From the NCBI RefSeq assembly GCF_036321535.1, contig NC_087436.1:104906001-104970000 (forward strand): 64,000 nt of DNA, read 5' to 3'. Position 1 is the first letter of the stretch. The number at the start of each line of letters is the position of its first letter. The stretch is from Camelus dromedarius. Its lineage: Eukaryota. The notes beneath the pieces were generated by a model. That model saw only the letters and a program-made list of their open reading frames with translations, had not been told where the DNA came from and did not search any database. Of this stretch, positions 1 through 47,964 are shown in pieces. A program made the position numbers and the translations under genes.

Positions 1-39
1 GGTGAGAGAGGCTGGTGCCCAGGCCGGGTTCCAGGGCCT

Positions 40-56
40 TCCCGCTAGAGGGCGAC
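40..56 (+). promoter_or_regulatory. Candidate CTCF site
   Basis: CCGCTAGAGGGCG (42-54) fits the CTCF core CC(A/G)(C/G)(C/T)AG(A/G)(G/T)GGC(A/G). Confidence 0.5.
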
Positions 57-69
57 ATTGTAGGGGAGC

Positions 70-282
70 CGGTCAGAGCCCTGTCTTTGGAATCAGGCCA
101 TTCTGGCCTCCCGGGCCACCTCTACAACGTGACCTTGAGTTCATGGTTTCACCTTCCGAACCTCAGTTCCTTTGCCTATAAATTGAGGACAGTGGTATTT
201 AGGTCACGGCCCTGTTGTGAGGATTAAATGAAAAAACATTCATTAAACACCCTGCACATAGTTGGTTTCAATAAAAGGTAGT
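70..282 (+). mobile_element. MIR SINE
   Basis: gtgaccttg...cctcagttcc...tgttgtgaggattaaatga MIR core. Confidence 0.8.
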
Positions 283-1319
283 GGGCATCACTGTTCTAAT
301 TGTTGCTCTTTGCTCGGTGGCATCTTAAGGTTCACCATCCAGCAAGAATTGATACCCGCTGGGTTCTGCGTCCTAGCACTGTCCCCAAGTCGGCCCCCTA
401 TTGCCCCTGATAGGCACCTCTGGCTCCAAGGGGCCGCAGTGGAGGAGGCAGCTGAGCGACCTTGTCACAAATGGGGCTGCAGGATAGAGTTTGTGAATCT
501 AAGTACTTTTCTTCCCTGACAAACAGAAAAGGTCAGGGGGGAAATCAGGCCTGGTGCCTTGTTCTCTGAGGCTTCTTTCCCAAACTCATCCACATCCAGT
601 TTTTGTCACCATGTGCCCGTGGCATGCTCTGGGCTGGGATCCCTCACGGTTGGATAGAGTTCATTTTATGTAAGGGGAGACTAAAATGGCAGGACCGTTT
701 TTTGGATAAACAGCCAAAATGTATACATAAAAATGAGTTATTTTCTTCAAAGGAGGCAGATACCTGGGAGGCTGTGTGCAAATTCAGAACGTTTGGTGAA
801 CCTTCCCTTCAGTTCACCTTTAGTGCCTCCAGCCCCTTCTTGCTCACATCCTCAGAGTCGACGTGCCCTCTTTTTTTCAGAGTAGATTTAATTTTGGGAA
901 ATAGCCGAAAGACATTTGAGGCTGAGCCTGCTAAATAAAAAGGGTTAGTCATGCAGGATAATAACACTTTGGGATAAAAAAAAAGTAATAAGGTTATACT
1001 TAGAAAAATATTGATTTACCTTTTATGATGCTGTGGGTAATCTGGCTCTGAAACTGGCGGCCCAGAAGTGAACTTCCACGCCAGCTGGAGTGATGGAGGC
1101 AGAGGTGAAATAAACTTTGTCCTCTTCAGGCAACTTTGATAGGAACAAAAATCCCCGTTTAGATACATGACATGTGAAACATTCATTTTAAAAGGGTTTG
1201 ATCTTACGGCACTGTGGACACACCTCATATTTTAATTATTCATATAGTTTTTGCTTGAGAAATTGCTAGTTTAAGAATAATGTCATGTTTTTTGCATGCC
1301 GTATCATTTAGAGATTTTC

Positions 1320-1412
1320 ATTCTCCCTTCTTCCCCTCCCCACTCCCTCCCTCTTTTCTTGCCTTTCTTCCTGCCTTCCTTACTTCCTCCCTCCCTCCCT
1401 TCCTTCTTTTTT
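1320..1412 (+). repeat. Pyrimidine-rich (CCTT/CCTC)n low-complexity tract, doubling as the polypyrimidine tract
   Basis: Seen directly upstream of the exon at 1415. Confidence 0.85.
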
Positions 1413-1414
1413 AG

Positions 1415-37205
<35,791 letters not shown>

Positions 37206-38002
37206 ACTGTACACTCCAGGTCTCACTGGATGAGAGAGAATCCTTTCAACAGCTGGTATTGGAAAACTGGGGCCAGGGCATTATAGACCTTAAACGTCTT
37301 GTGAACTGGATGCGAATTTTGCACTCGGTATCTTTTTTTTTTTTTTCTTTTTAACTAAGGAAATACCCAGAGCAGACAGTGGTTATACCAAAGGTTAGCA
37401 GATAAATACAAGGAACATCCGATCACAGGGGCACGTCAGGGAGGTTAACGGATGATTGTGTATATGAGGAAGTCAGTTTGTCCTGTGGTGGATCTGAATC
37501 CTTACACACTGACATATATTTTAAGAATCTTAGCCCCTTGCTCATTCCCTTTTATTAAAGAACAGAAAATCATGACTTCTCTACCACTCAGATAATATTT
37601 TGGTACGTGTGTTTGCCACTGCTCTGCTCCTCGCCGTCCCGTGGGCAGATTTCAATTTGACTTCCAAGACCCAGCAGTTCTAAGGCACCTTGAAATAAAT
37701 AGGTTATAGCTGGAAATACAGGGAAGGCGATGGCTTTGTAAATTGGTTTACATTTTTCTCCTTGAGGTTTTCTAGGGTCGTAGTGCTTCCGAATCATTTA
37801 ATGACACTGTTGGATATCGTTTTCTTTCTTTTTTCAATTGCAATCCATACAATAACATTTAGAAAATTCTTAGTATTGAAGTGTAGTCTTCTCCATGACT
37901 TACCTATTAGAATAGACTGGCAGCAGTGGAACATGCAGAAAACAAGCCTTCAGCTCATAGTCTCATTCCCGCCCCCTTATGCTTGCCTGAGTCTGTGTAG
38001 GG

Positions 38003-38055
38003 GTGTGTATGCGCGCGCATGCGTGCATGTGTGTGTGTGTGTGCACGTGTGTGTG
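38003..38055 (+). repeat. 53-nt perfectly alternating purine-pyrimidine tract (GT/GC/AT mix) in the 3' UTR
   Basis: gtgtgtatgcgcgcgcatgcgtgcatgtgtgtgtgtgtgtgcacgtgtgtgtg seen directly. Confidence 0.9.
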
Positions 38056-38186
38056 AGAGAGAAAGGGAGGGAAAGGAAGAGAGAGCAGACTGTCTGAACA
38101 CTGTATGCTGTTAAGGTAGTAGATAAATCAGTAATGCAATATTGTGGGTTCAAACTACTCTTTGCACTACTTTATTTACAGTAGTA

Positions 38187-38192
38187 AATAAA
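38187..38192 (+). terminator. Probable main polyadenylation signal AATAAA
   Basis: AATAAA preceded by U/A-rich sequence and followed ~30 nt later by gtggatttttttttcttttt (GU/U-rich DSE). Confidence 0.75.
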
Positions 38193-38559
38193 AATTATTT
38201 TTATACCATTGACTCCTGGGAAGTGGATTTTTTTTTTCTTTTTAGAGTTACTATTGTCATCATACAAAGTCCTAAGATCTATGCATTTTCCTCAAGAAGG
38301 CTAAGAAAATCCCCTTACGAGAGGGATTATTTCTGGCAACTATTAACATTTACGGACACAGAAGTGACAGGAGGCTCTTCTCCGGGAGCCCGAGTGCAGG
38401 GTCTGGCCCCTGTGATGTTTGCACAGTATCAGCCATCGTTTCAGGGTTCTGGCTGTTGTGAGGCTGCATGTCTATCAGGTCTGGGTCGTCTGCGGCCCAC
38501 CCTCATTCTCCCATGTACGCTGTGTGCACTGCCCTTGCTTTAGCAAAGGTTGTCCTTCC

Positions 38560-38790
38560 TGTTTGCAAAAGAGCCAGACTTTGGAGTCAAACAGCCCCAG
38601 ATTCAAATTCTGGTTCGGTAGCTAGTATACCAGCTCAGTCTTGGGTGAGCGATTAACCTCTCTGAGTCTCAGATTATTGTTTTATAAAATAGAGGCAATG
38701 AAATCCAGCTTTTGGGCTTTTCGTGAGGTTTAAGTGGGATAACATATGTAAAACTCCCAGGACAATGTCCTCAACATGGTTGGTTATTTT
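38560..38790 (+). mobile_element. MIR SINE
   Basis: gactttggagtcaaacag...ttaacctctctgagtctcag...gtgaggtttaagtgggataaca. Confidence 0.8.
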
Positions 38791-39006
38791 TATTAGAAAG
38801 AGAAGGTTGAGGGGCCTGACCAAGGGCTCTTTGCTCTACCCAGATCCTCTTCACGGCAAGCATGCCCATTTCCCTGCTGCTGGGAACATAGGCTGCTGAC
38901 AGTTCACAGCTGCGTCCCTCAACTGCGAATCGCCATCAGCTGCAGGGATCTGCCCACGGTTAAATCCTTGCAAGAGCAGCTCATGTCCAGTGGCTTGTTG
39001 ATATAG

Positions 39007-39268
39007 TGGGGGCTTTCTTAAACCCTGTACTACTGACATTTGGGGCCAGGTGGTTCTTTGTTTTGGGGGCCGTCTTGTGCATTAGGATGTATAGAAGCAG
39101 CATCACTGGTCTCTACCCACTAGACGCCAGTGGTAAATGCACCCCCGCCACACACACCCCAATCCCCGAGTCATGACAGCCAAAAATGTCTCCAGACATT
39201 GCCACATGTTCCCTGATGGGGGGTAGGGGGTGGGAATCACCTTCCCTCCTTCACCTTGAGAATGACTG
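39007..39268 (+). mobile_element. MER20
   Basis: actactgacatttggggccagg...caaaaatgtctccagacattgcca. Confidence 0.85.
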
Positions 39269-39488
39269 TAGGAAAACAAAGGCTCCTTGCCTCAATTTGG
39301 AAGTCCTGAAGGGTCACCCCACCCCATCCACCACAAACACCACTTGGTAGCACTCTCATTATAGTTCAGTTTCTCCCTCTGCCCAGTTCTGTCTTCCTTG
39401 TTTTCACATACGATTTCCTGACACTGCTCCCATGAACCTTCACATACAACTCTGTACCCCTCCACAGTCTGTTTCCAAGGAACACAAC

Positions 39489-39873
39489 TATCTTAGTCTG
39501 CTAGAGCCGCTGTATCAAAGTGGCACAGACTGAGGGGCTTAAAGAGCAGAATGTATTTCCTTGCAGCATGGAGCCTGGAAGCCCAAGAGCAAGGTGTCAG
39601 CAGGGCTGGTTTCTTCTGTGGTCTCTCTCCTTGGCTTGTAGACGGCTGTCTGCTTCCAGCATCTTTACATGGCCTTTCCTCTGTGTATGTCTGTGTCCTA
39701 ATCTCTTCTTACGAGGACACCAGTCATATTGGATCAGGGCCTACCTCACTGATCTCATTTTACCTTAATTATCTCTCTAAAGGCCGTATCTCCAAATACG
39801 ATCACATTCTGTGGCACCGGAGGTTAGGACTTCAATATATGAATTTTGGGAGAACAAAATTCAGCTCATAACA
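39489..39873 (-). mobile_element. MLT1B-like MaLR solo LTR
   Basis: aggacaccagtcatattggatcagggcc...gttaggacttcaatatatgaattttggg...cataaca; near-matching 5-bp flanks acaac/ccaac. Confidence 0.85.
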
Positions 39874-40799
39874 CCAACCCAAAACACTATGCGAGGCTGG
39901 TCCAGGTCCAGAATATGGACTCACAGGAGCCACTCTGATCTGAGACAGTTGTCCAAATATGTTTATCTCCAGGTGATGCTGGAAAGAGCTGGAGTGGTTC
40001 CAATGCCAAACCACTTCAGGTGAAGCTTGTAGGCCACACATCAATTCCTGTCCCAGCTTAGACTCCTGTTCTCTTGAAAGTTCTCAGCCTACATGATCTA
40101 GGTCCAGACCATACCTTTGCCAGCCTTGACCTTCCTCTTCTCTCCTCAAGTTCTAAGCTCAATTCCTTCCAGGCTGGTGTCCAAGCTGGCTGGAGTAGAA
40201 CCCTGCAAAATGAAGTCAACAGGGAGCCGGAGGAAGGAAAAAAGAAACGGAAGGATGGGGTCCACAGTTGACATTCAGTTACTTCCCTATTGTCCCCTCC
40301 CCTTAGGACATTCTTAGACCAGAGGGTGCAGCCTAGTAGATCATGAAACAGATTGAGCACACAGATGTGATTTCTTTGGCCCATCTAGTATTTTTTTAAA
40401 ATTTTGATTAAGTTGTTATCTTAAAATCAAGGATTTGGGGCTTTTCTTTAAAAAAAATCTACAGATGTGAAAAAACTGAGCTTTCATTGCTGCACGGCAA
40501 GAATTAGCTGAAGCCGAGTAGGTCTGCTCCTTCAAGATAAAGCTTGTGCTTTCTGATTTGCCCCAGTCCCCACCATTCCCTGCTGTTTTACACTTAGCCC
40601 ATGTAGGCATTTGAATTTACAATCCATGCTTTAGACTTCCTTCTCTTCATTCCTAATGACTTCATTTTGGCAAGTTTGAAACAGACCACCAGATTCATCT
40701 ACTGCTTAATCACTGTCAAGTTCCTGGAAAGTGGGGAAATGGTAGTCTTTCTACTCTTTGGTAGAGGGAGATGCTAAGCTGTGCATCATTTAAAGTCCC

Positions 40800-41860
40800 A
40801 ATGAAGTATTCAAAAATATTTCTAGATAAAATGTCAATTAAAAAAAACAGTGTACACCAGAAACTAACATAACATTGTAAATCAACTATATTTCAATTAA
40901 AAATAGATATTTCCTATACCAGCAATAGATAACTAAAATATAAAATATTAAAGAATTATATTTATTAAAAATAAATATTTCATTTCTAAAACAATATAAT
41001 TATAAAAAGTTTGATAATTTATCTAATAATGAACTCACTAGATCTTTACCAAGAAAATTTTTTAAAGTACATAAAGAAGATATAAATAAAGCAACATACC
41101 ATGTTCATGGGTGAAATAATAACATATAAATATGTCAATTTCCTCATAATTAATGTATAAATTCACTGAAATTTTAATCAAAGTTCTAATTTTGTGGGGA
41201 ACTGGCAAACTAATTTTAAAATTTATATGAAAGAATACAAGTCCATGAATAACTAATTTTTAAAAAAGAGGACTAAAGAGAACTGACATACCAAATATTA
41301 TTATACTACAAGGCCACCGTACCATAGTAACAGAAGCAGTGAGGTGATAATGTAGGAACACACAAATGGTTTCAGAGAAAAAAATCAAGAGCCAAGGAGC
41401 AGACCAGATTTATATGGAAATTTGGGGTATGACCAAATAATATCACAAATCAATTGGACTAAGAGTGGAATATTTCATATTTAATATTTAAAGAGTTTGG
41501 GAGTCAGTCAATCACATGCAGAAAAATAAGATTGAAACTGTATTTCATGTCTTTTATTTTAAAAATCTCAAATAAATTAAAGATTTAACTGTGAAAAGTG
41601 GAACTGCAAGGCTAGTAGGAGAAATTGAATGGAAAATCATACTAGTCAGCAAGTAATGAACTAGACCTGAGAGGAGCAACATAGAAAGATGTTAAAAACA
41701 TATTGATAAATGAGAAAAGTAAGAAATTAAAGCAGATCTATATGTCAATAGTATTTGTGTAAATTCAAAATCAAACCCTCAAAAACATTTTACACATATG
41801 TGGGTAAATATGTATATGTACATGTAAATATTCATGTATCTATCTATCTATATATATATA
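40800..41860 (+). mobile_element. Ancient L1 ORF2/3' fragments with a ~40-nt young L1 tail at ~40849-40885
   Basis: ataccatgttcatggg...aatttatatgaaaga ORF2 remnants; tgtacaccagaaactaacataacattgtaaatcaactata is an artiodactyl-type L1 end. Confidence 0.7.
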
Positions 41861-41895
41861 CACACACACACATACCTTTTTTCAGAGTTCATACA

Positions 41896-42127
41896 CAGCT
41901 CTCAACCTCAGCAAGGCTCACGTTTGGGGCTAGATGGGTCTTTGTCGTAGGGGTCTGTCCTGTGCATTATAGGAGGCTTAGCAGCATCCCTGCCCTCTCT
42001 CTACTAGATGCCAGTAGCACCCCCTCAGCTGTGACAGCCCAGAATTTCTCCAGACATTCCTAACTGTACCTGAAGAGGAGGTAATGGCAGGCAGGAATGG
42101 CAAAACTGTCCTGGTTGAGAACTACTG
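41896..42127 (+). mobile_element. MER20
   Basis: ctgtcctgtgcattataggaggcttagcagcatccctg...ggttgagaactactg. Confidence 0.85.
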
Positions 42128-45100
42128 GCTTAAATCATATATCAAATATATTAGGGTGGCTAGTTAGATATTCAGAGGTGGGGCTTGGGAGATGGATTGT
42201 GTGAGGAAAGGAAAAATATTACAATAAAAAGAGAGCAGAGTCTTGCACACAATGTTGATGGTGTGCCATGAACTGAGAGAATGATTAACTCAGCTTTGGG
42301 TACCTGAGATCCAAATACAAGAAATAAAGAAATATAAAACAAACTAACATCGGCCTCAGTGCTCAGAACTGGCAGGTGTTTGTTGGAGTTGAGTCTGCCA
42401 CAACCTGACTATCCTTGAAGGCAAAGAAATTTAGCATAGTATATAACCTCTTGCTTTTTGGCTTTCACTGTGACTTTACACAGAAAGCCTTGGCTTTCCT
42501 TTAATTAGTCTAAGCTGGAGTGTATTTCACAAAAGCTCTAGTGTCAGGGAGACTGTGCCCGATTAGCCAACAGATTGAGATCAGTCGTGGAGATCCGCAA
42601 AGCAGAGAACCAAACACAAGTTAGAAAAGATCAGCCCTGATGAACTTACCTGGATTTTACAATAAGGAAAAGCTAGAAAGAAGCCTTTTATGATAAGTAA
42701 TATTTTCTAAGAGTAGCATATTACTAAAGTTACAAATGGGAAATAAGAAAGCTCGAGTAGCTTTATTAATATCAGACGAAATAGACTTCAAGACGAGGAG
42801 TATCACAAGAGACAAAAAGGGACATTGTGTTATATTCAAAGGGTCAGTAAATCAAGAATATTAAGTAATTATGAATATATATATATGCCTAGTAACAAAG
42901 TATCAAAAGTGTATGAAGCAGAAACAGAGAAATAAGGAGAAATAATCAAATCACAATTGAATTGTAGGTGTCAACACACTTCTTTCAGTAATACAGCAAG
43001 AATTCAGAAAGTATACAGAAGATCTATATGACACTGTCCAACCCCCTTAACCTAATTAATATTCACAAAACACTACACCTTAATCATCACAAAATATACA
43101 TTCATTCAAGGGTGCACAGAATGTTCTCCAAGATAGACTATATCCTGAGCCATTAAACAAGTCTCATTAGAATTCAAAATATAGAAATCTCATAAAGTAT
43201 ACTACCTGACCACAAGGAAATAAACTAAAACAAAAATAAAACAGCTAGAATAGCTGGGAGATAACACATTGCTAAACAATCCATTGGTCAAAGAAGAAAT
43301 CTCAAAGGAAATTAGAAAATATTTTGACCTGAATAAAAATAAACACATAACACATCAAAATTTGTGGACATTTATAGCATTAACTGTTCATAAGAAAACA
43401 AGGCAGATTTCAAATCAGTGATCTAAATTTTTACCATAAGAAAAAAAAAGAAGAAGAAGAGCAAAGTAAACCCAAAGTAAGCAGAGGAAAGAAATAATAA
43501 ATAAAAAAGAAGATATTAATGAAATTGAAACCAGAAAAATAAAGAAAATCAATAAAATCAAAGCTGGTTCTTTGGAAAAAATCAAGGAAATTGATAAAGC
43601 TCTATAAAAAGACACAAAATTGCCAATATCAGAAATAAATGAATGATTTCACTACAGATCCTATAGACATAAAAATAATAATAAGGGAATATTATGGAAA
43701 CTTTATACCAATAAATTTGACATCTTAAAATTCCTTAAAAGACATAAACTGCCAAAGCTAAAGTAGGAAATAGGAAACTTGAGTGGCCTACAGCATTTAA
43801 GGAAATTGAATTCATAGTTTAAAGTCCTTCCCCAAAAGATAATTCCAGGGCCAGATGGCTGTAGCATTGCTTCTATCAAACATTTAAGAAAAATATAGTA
43901 TCAACTCTACACAAACATTTTCATAAAAAAATAGAAGAAGAAATATTTCTGAACTTATTTTACGAGGCCAACATGACCTTGAAATCAAAATCAGACAAAC
44001 TATAAGAAAAGAAAACTGAACTACAGATCAGTATCTCTCATAAACATAGACACAAAAATCTTTAACCAAATATTAGCAAATTAAAACTAGCAATTAACAA
44101 AAAGGATATATCCTGGCCAAATATAGTTTATCCTAGTTATGCAAAGTTGATTTAACATTTGAAACCAATCAATACAACTCACTATGTTAACTGACTAAGA
44201 AAGATAAAACATAAGAGCAGCTCAATAAGTGCAGAAAAGCATTTAACAAAATCCAACATTTATTTATTATTAAAAAAACACATCAAATTAGGAAAAGATG
44301 GTAACTTCCTCAACCAAATAAAGGATGTTTATAACAAAACTTACAGCTATGTTGTATTTAATGGTGAAAGACTGAATGCTTTCCCCGAAGATTGGGAATA
44401 AAGCAAAGATACCTACTCTGATCAGTTTTATTCAGTAGTGAACTGAAAGTCCTTTCAAAAATTCTAAAGAATACAAGAAAAAGATATTATAACTACTAAG
44501 TTACCTCAGCAAGGCTGCAGGATCCTAAGTCAACATACGAAACCAATATATATTTTGATACATCAGCAATAAACAATTGAAAGATGAAAAAGACTTAAAA
44601 CTATTTAAAAGAGTTGTCATATAGTATGAAATACTAGGGATAAATGTAGCAAAAGATTTATGAGATATGTATTCTGAAAACTAACAGTATTCTGAGAAAA
44701 ATTAAGGTAAACTTAAATAAAATGGAGATACATATATACTATGATCATGGATCAAAAGACTTAATTTTTCAAGATGTCAATCTTCTCCAAGTTGATTTAT
44801 AGATTCAGTTCAATAACAATCAAAAAATCACAGCAGGATTTTTTTTGGTAGAAATTGCCAAGCTGATTCTAAAATTTGTATTGAAGTGCAGAGGACCTAG
44901 AATAGATAAAGCAATGTTGAAAAAAGAAAAAAAGAACAAAATGAGAGGACTGACACTACCTGATTTTAAGATTTATTATAAAGCTACAGTTATTAAGACA
45001 GTGAGTGTGGTATTCCCATAAAAATAGGCATATATATAAATGGGAAAAGATAGAGATCCCAGAAATTCTCACACTTATATGGTCAATCGAGTTTCAACAC

Positions 45101-45850
45101 AGTTGCCAAAATGTTTAATTACCTTGGAGAAAGATCTTTTCATAAAAACAACTTGAAAGCCATAAGCAAAAAAAAAAAAAAAAAAAAAAAATCGGATCCT
45201 ACCTCACACCATACATAAAAATTAACTCAAAATGCATCATCAATTTAAATGTACAGACCAAAATTATAAAACTTCTGAACAAAAATATTAGTATCCTCAA
45301 ATTTGGCAAAGATTTTTTATGTAGGACAAAAAGGACAAGAACAAAAGGAAAAAATATCAATAAATTGGACTTGATCAAAGTGAAAAACTCTTGCTCTTCA
45401 AAAGACATTGGTACACAAATGAAAAGGCGAGCCACAAACTGGGGCAATATATCTGCCGAAAATGTGTATGACGGAGGATTTGGATACAGCATATGTAAAG
45501 AACTCTTACAACTCAATAATTAAAGACCAGCAACCCAATACAAAAAAGAGGAAACAAACTGAACAAAACAGGGTCCTCATCAAGCTAGCAATAGAGATGG
45601 CAAGTAAGCACACTGAAAATACACTCAACATCATTAGTTGTTATGGAAATGCAAATTAAAACCACACTGAAATACCACTGCATACTCACTAGAATGGCTA
45701 AAATTTAAAAGATTGATCACACTAAGTGCTGACAAGGACATGAAGCAACCGAAACTCTCTTTAACTGCTTGCAGGAATGTAAAATGATAAAATCACTTCA
45801 GAAACAAAGTTTGGTAGTTTCTTAAAAAGTTAATAGTACTCTCCCTAATT

Positions 45851-46037
45851 TAGTGTTGCCAGATAAAAGACACAAAGTTAAATTTGAATTTCACATAAAC
45901 AATGAATAAATTTTAATATAGATATGTCCTAAATATCACATGGGACATATGTGTACTAAAAACTTACTTGCTGTTTGTCTAAAGTTTAAATTTAATTGGA
46001 TGCTCTCTATTTTTATTTGTTAAATCTGGCAACTCTG
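45851..46037. mobile_element. MER53 palindromic hAT MITE nested in L1
   Basis: TIRs gttgccagat...atctggcaac and internal arms gttaaatttgaatttc / tttaaatttaatt. Confidence 0.85.
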
Positions 46038-46279
46038 CTTCCCATACAACCCAAGCCATTTCATTCCATTCCATTCCAACCCAGCCAACCCAGTATTTAC
46101 CCAAGAAAAAAAAGGAAAATGCATGTTCATTTGTACACCAAAGTTCACAGCAGCTTTCTTTGAAATAGCCCCAAACTGGAAACAACCCAAATGTTCATAA
46201 ACAAAAGAATAAATAAACTATTGTATATCCATAAAATTGATTACTACCCAGTAATAAAAAAGAACAAATTACTTCATAA

Positions 46280-46525
46280 CTGTGAGTTTGAGATTTGCAG
46301 ATATTAACTACTATATATAAACTAGATAAACAACAAGTTTCTACTGTACAGCACAGGGAACTACAGTTAATATCTTGTAGCAACCTATAATGAAAAAGAA
46401 TATGAAAAGGGGTATATGTATGTACATGTATGACAGAAACACGCTGTACACCAGAAATTGACACAACATTGTAAACTGACTACACTTCAATTAAAAAAAA
46501 AAAAAAAACTAAAAAACAAAAAAAG
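46280..46525 (+). mobile_element. Younger artiodactyl-type L1 3' end with poly(A), nested in the older L1
   Basis: ctactgtacagcacagggaact...ctgtacaccagaaattgacacaacattgtaaactgactacacttcaatt(A)n. Confidence 0.85.
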
Positions 46526-47964
46526 GAATGAACTACTGATACAAAAAAAAGAATAATTAACAAAGTAATTATACTTAGTAAGAGAAGCCAGACCAAAAAA
46601 AAAAAAAAAAAGAGTACATATCAAATTGTTTCATTTACATAAAATTCTAGAAGATGCCAACTAATCTATCGTGACACAAAGCTGAGCACTGACTGCCTAT
46701 AGCATGTAGGATTGAGGTGAAGTTACGGGGAAGAATGTTTTTTAAACTTGGAGTGATAGATGTCTTCCTTATCTTGATTATGATGATGATTTCATTCGTG
46801 CATACGTAATTCAAAACTCATCAAGTTACATTATTTAAATATAAGCAGTATATTGTATGTCAATTATACCTCAATGAAGCTGTAAAATTTTATTTTTAAT
46901 TTTTTTTATCCTGTATATAATAGTGTGTGAAACTCTGGTAGATGAAACAAGCATTTTACTTACTTGTAGAGACAAGACCAACAAATAGAAAAAGTTAAAT
47001 AAAAGCACAAATGTTAAACAAGATGAAATTTGGGTTAATATTTGCAAATATCAAGCCAGTGTATTTTAATTTACCCTACGACTCATGTTCCTTTGCAGCC
47101 TTCTCCCTCAGAGAGAGACCCCTGAAGCTTATACCAGAGACGGAAGAAAGCAGATATTTGACTTCATTAACAGAGTAATGGACTTGCAAACTTAGCATAG
47201 TAGAGATGGGTTTCCTACAGTCTTTACTTATATCAAGAGATAGATTTGGAGTACTAGTTCAAAGACTTTTCTAAAGTAGTGTGGACAGTATCCCTTCCAT
47301 TTGTGACAACTAGATACTATGGCTGAAAGAATATAATAAGGGAAGTAAAAGAAAAATCCACTCCTTCCAGCCTGAAGGGTGGTGGCAAAAAGAAAGAAGG
47401 GAAAAACAGAGTTGAGAGGAAGAATGCAGATCCCTCAGTTTTCCTTTTTTATTATCCTCTGAAGTGCCCAGGAGGATTGATCCTCAAACACGGGAAGGTC
47501 CTGGGGCAGAGAGATACTCTCTTGCTTCCACTGGAAGGTATCAGCCTTGCTGACTCCCTGCCCATACATGGGGCTCAAAAGTGCCTCCGTTTGCTGCAGC
47601 CAAAGGAAAGAGCCTGAGTTTGGTTTCCCCGAGTCTTGCCAGCTTTCTGTGTAGTTAGAAGGTGTCTAGAAACTTTTATGTGCTCCAAGGAGGAGATGTG
47701 GAAATCCGCTGAGGGTGCTGGCTGCCAAGATGTCAGCAGGGACTGCAGCTTTGGGAATTTTTAAACACCAGTGGAGCCAAAAGTGGAGCCCATCAGCAAG
47801 AGGAAGTTGAAGAGGGTATCTGGGAGTAATGCCCTAGAAAAGGCAAGGGATCATGAGTTTGCTGAAGCAGATGTTAGCTTCAGAGGCTGACCAATGACTA
47901 GACAGTATGAGGACATTATACACATCACCACAAGCATCCCACTGTGAAAGAAAAATCAAGATGG

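Larger units (their letters stand above)
37206..38210 (+). other. SEL1L3: SEL1L3 3' UTR (end approximate)
   Basis: Sequence with no recognisable transposon between the stop codon and an AATAAA followed by a U-rich downstream element. Confidence 0.75.
38820..39885 (+). mobile_element. LTR16-like ERVL solo LTR, split by MER20 and MLT1B
   Basis: 5' part ggctgctgacagttcacagctgc; 3' part ccctctgcccagttctg...agtctgtttccaaggaac...aaaca. Confidence 0.65.
42640..46890 (+). mobile_element. Degenerate ~4.2 kb L1M element (ORF2 endonuclease region through 3' UTR), no intact ORF
   Basis: aagaaagctcgagtagctttattaatatcagacgaaatagacttcaag reads KKARVALLISDEIDFK (L1 EN motif); later aaagctggttctttggaaaaatc; ends caattatacctcaatgaagctg. 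Confidence 0.9.

Noticed and set aside
37681..37688. TAAGGCAC, identical to the miR-124 5' end
   Set aside because: Wrong orientation for a target site in the SEL1L3 mRNA (needs GTGCCTT), and there is no pre-miRNA hairpin.
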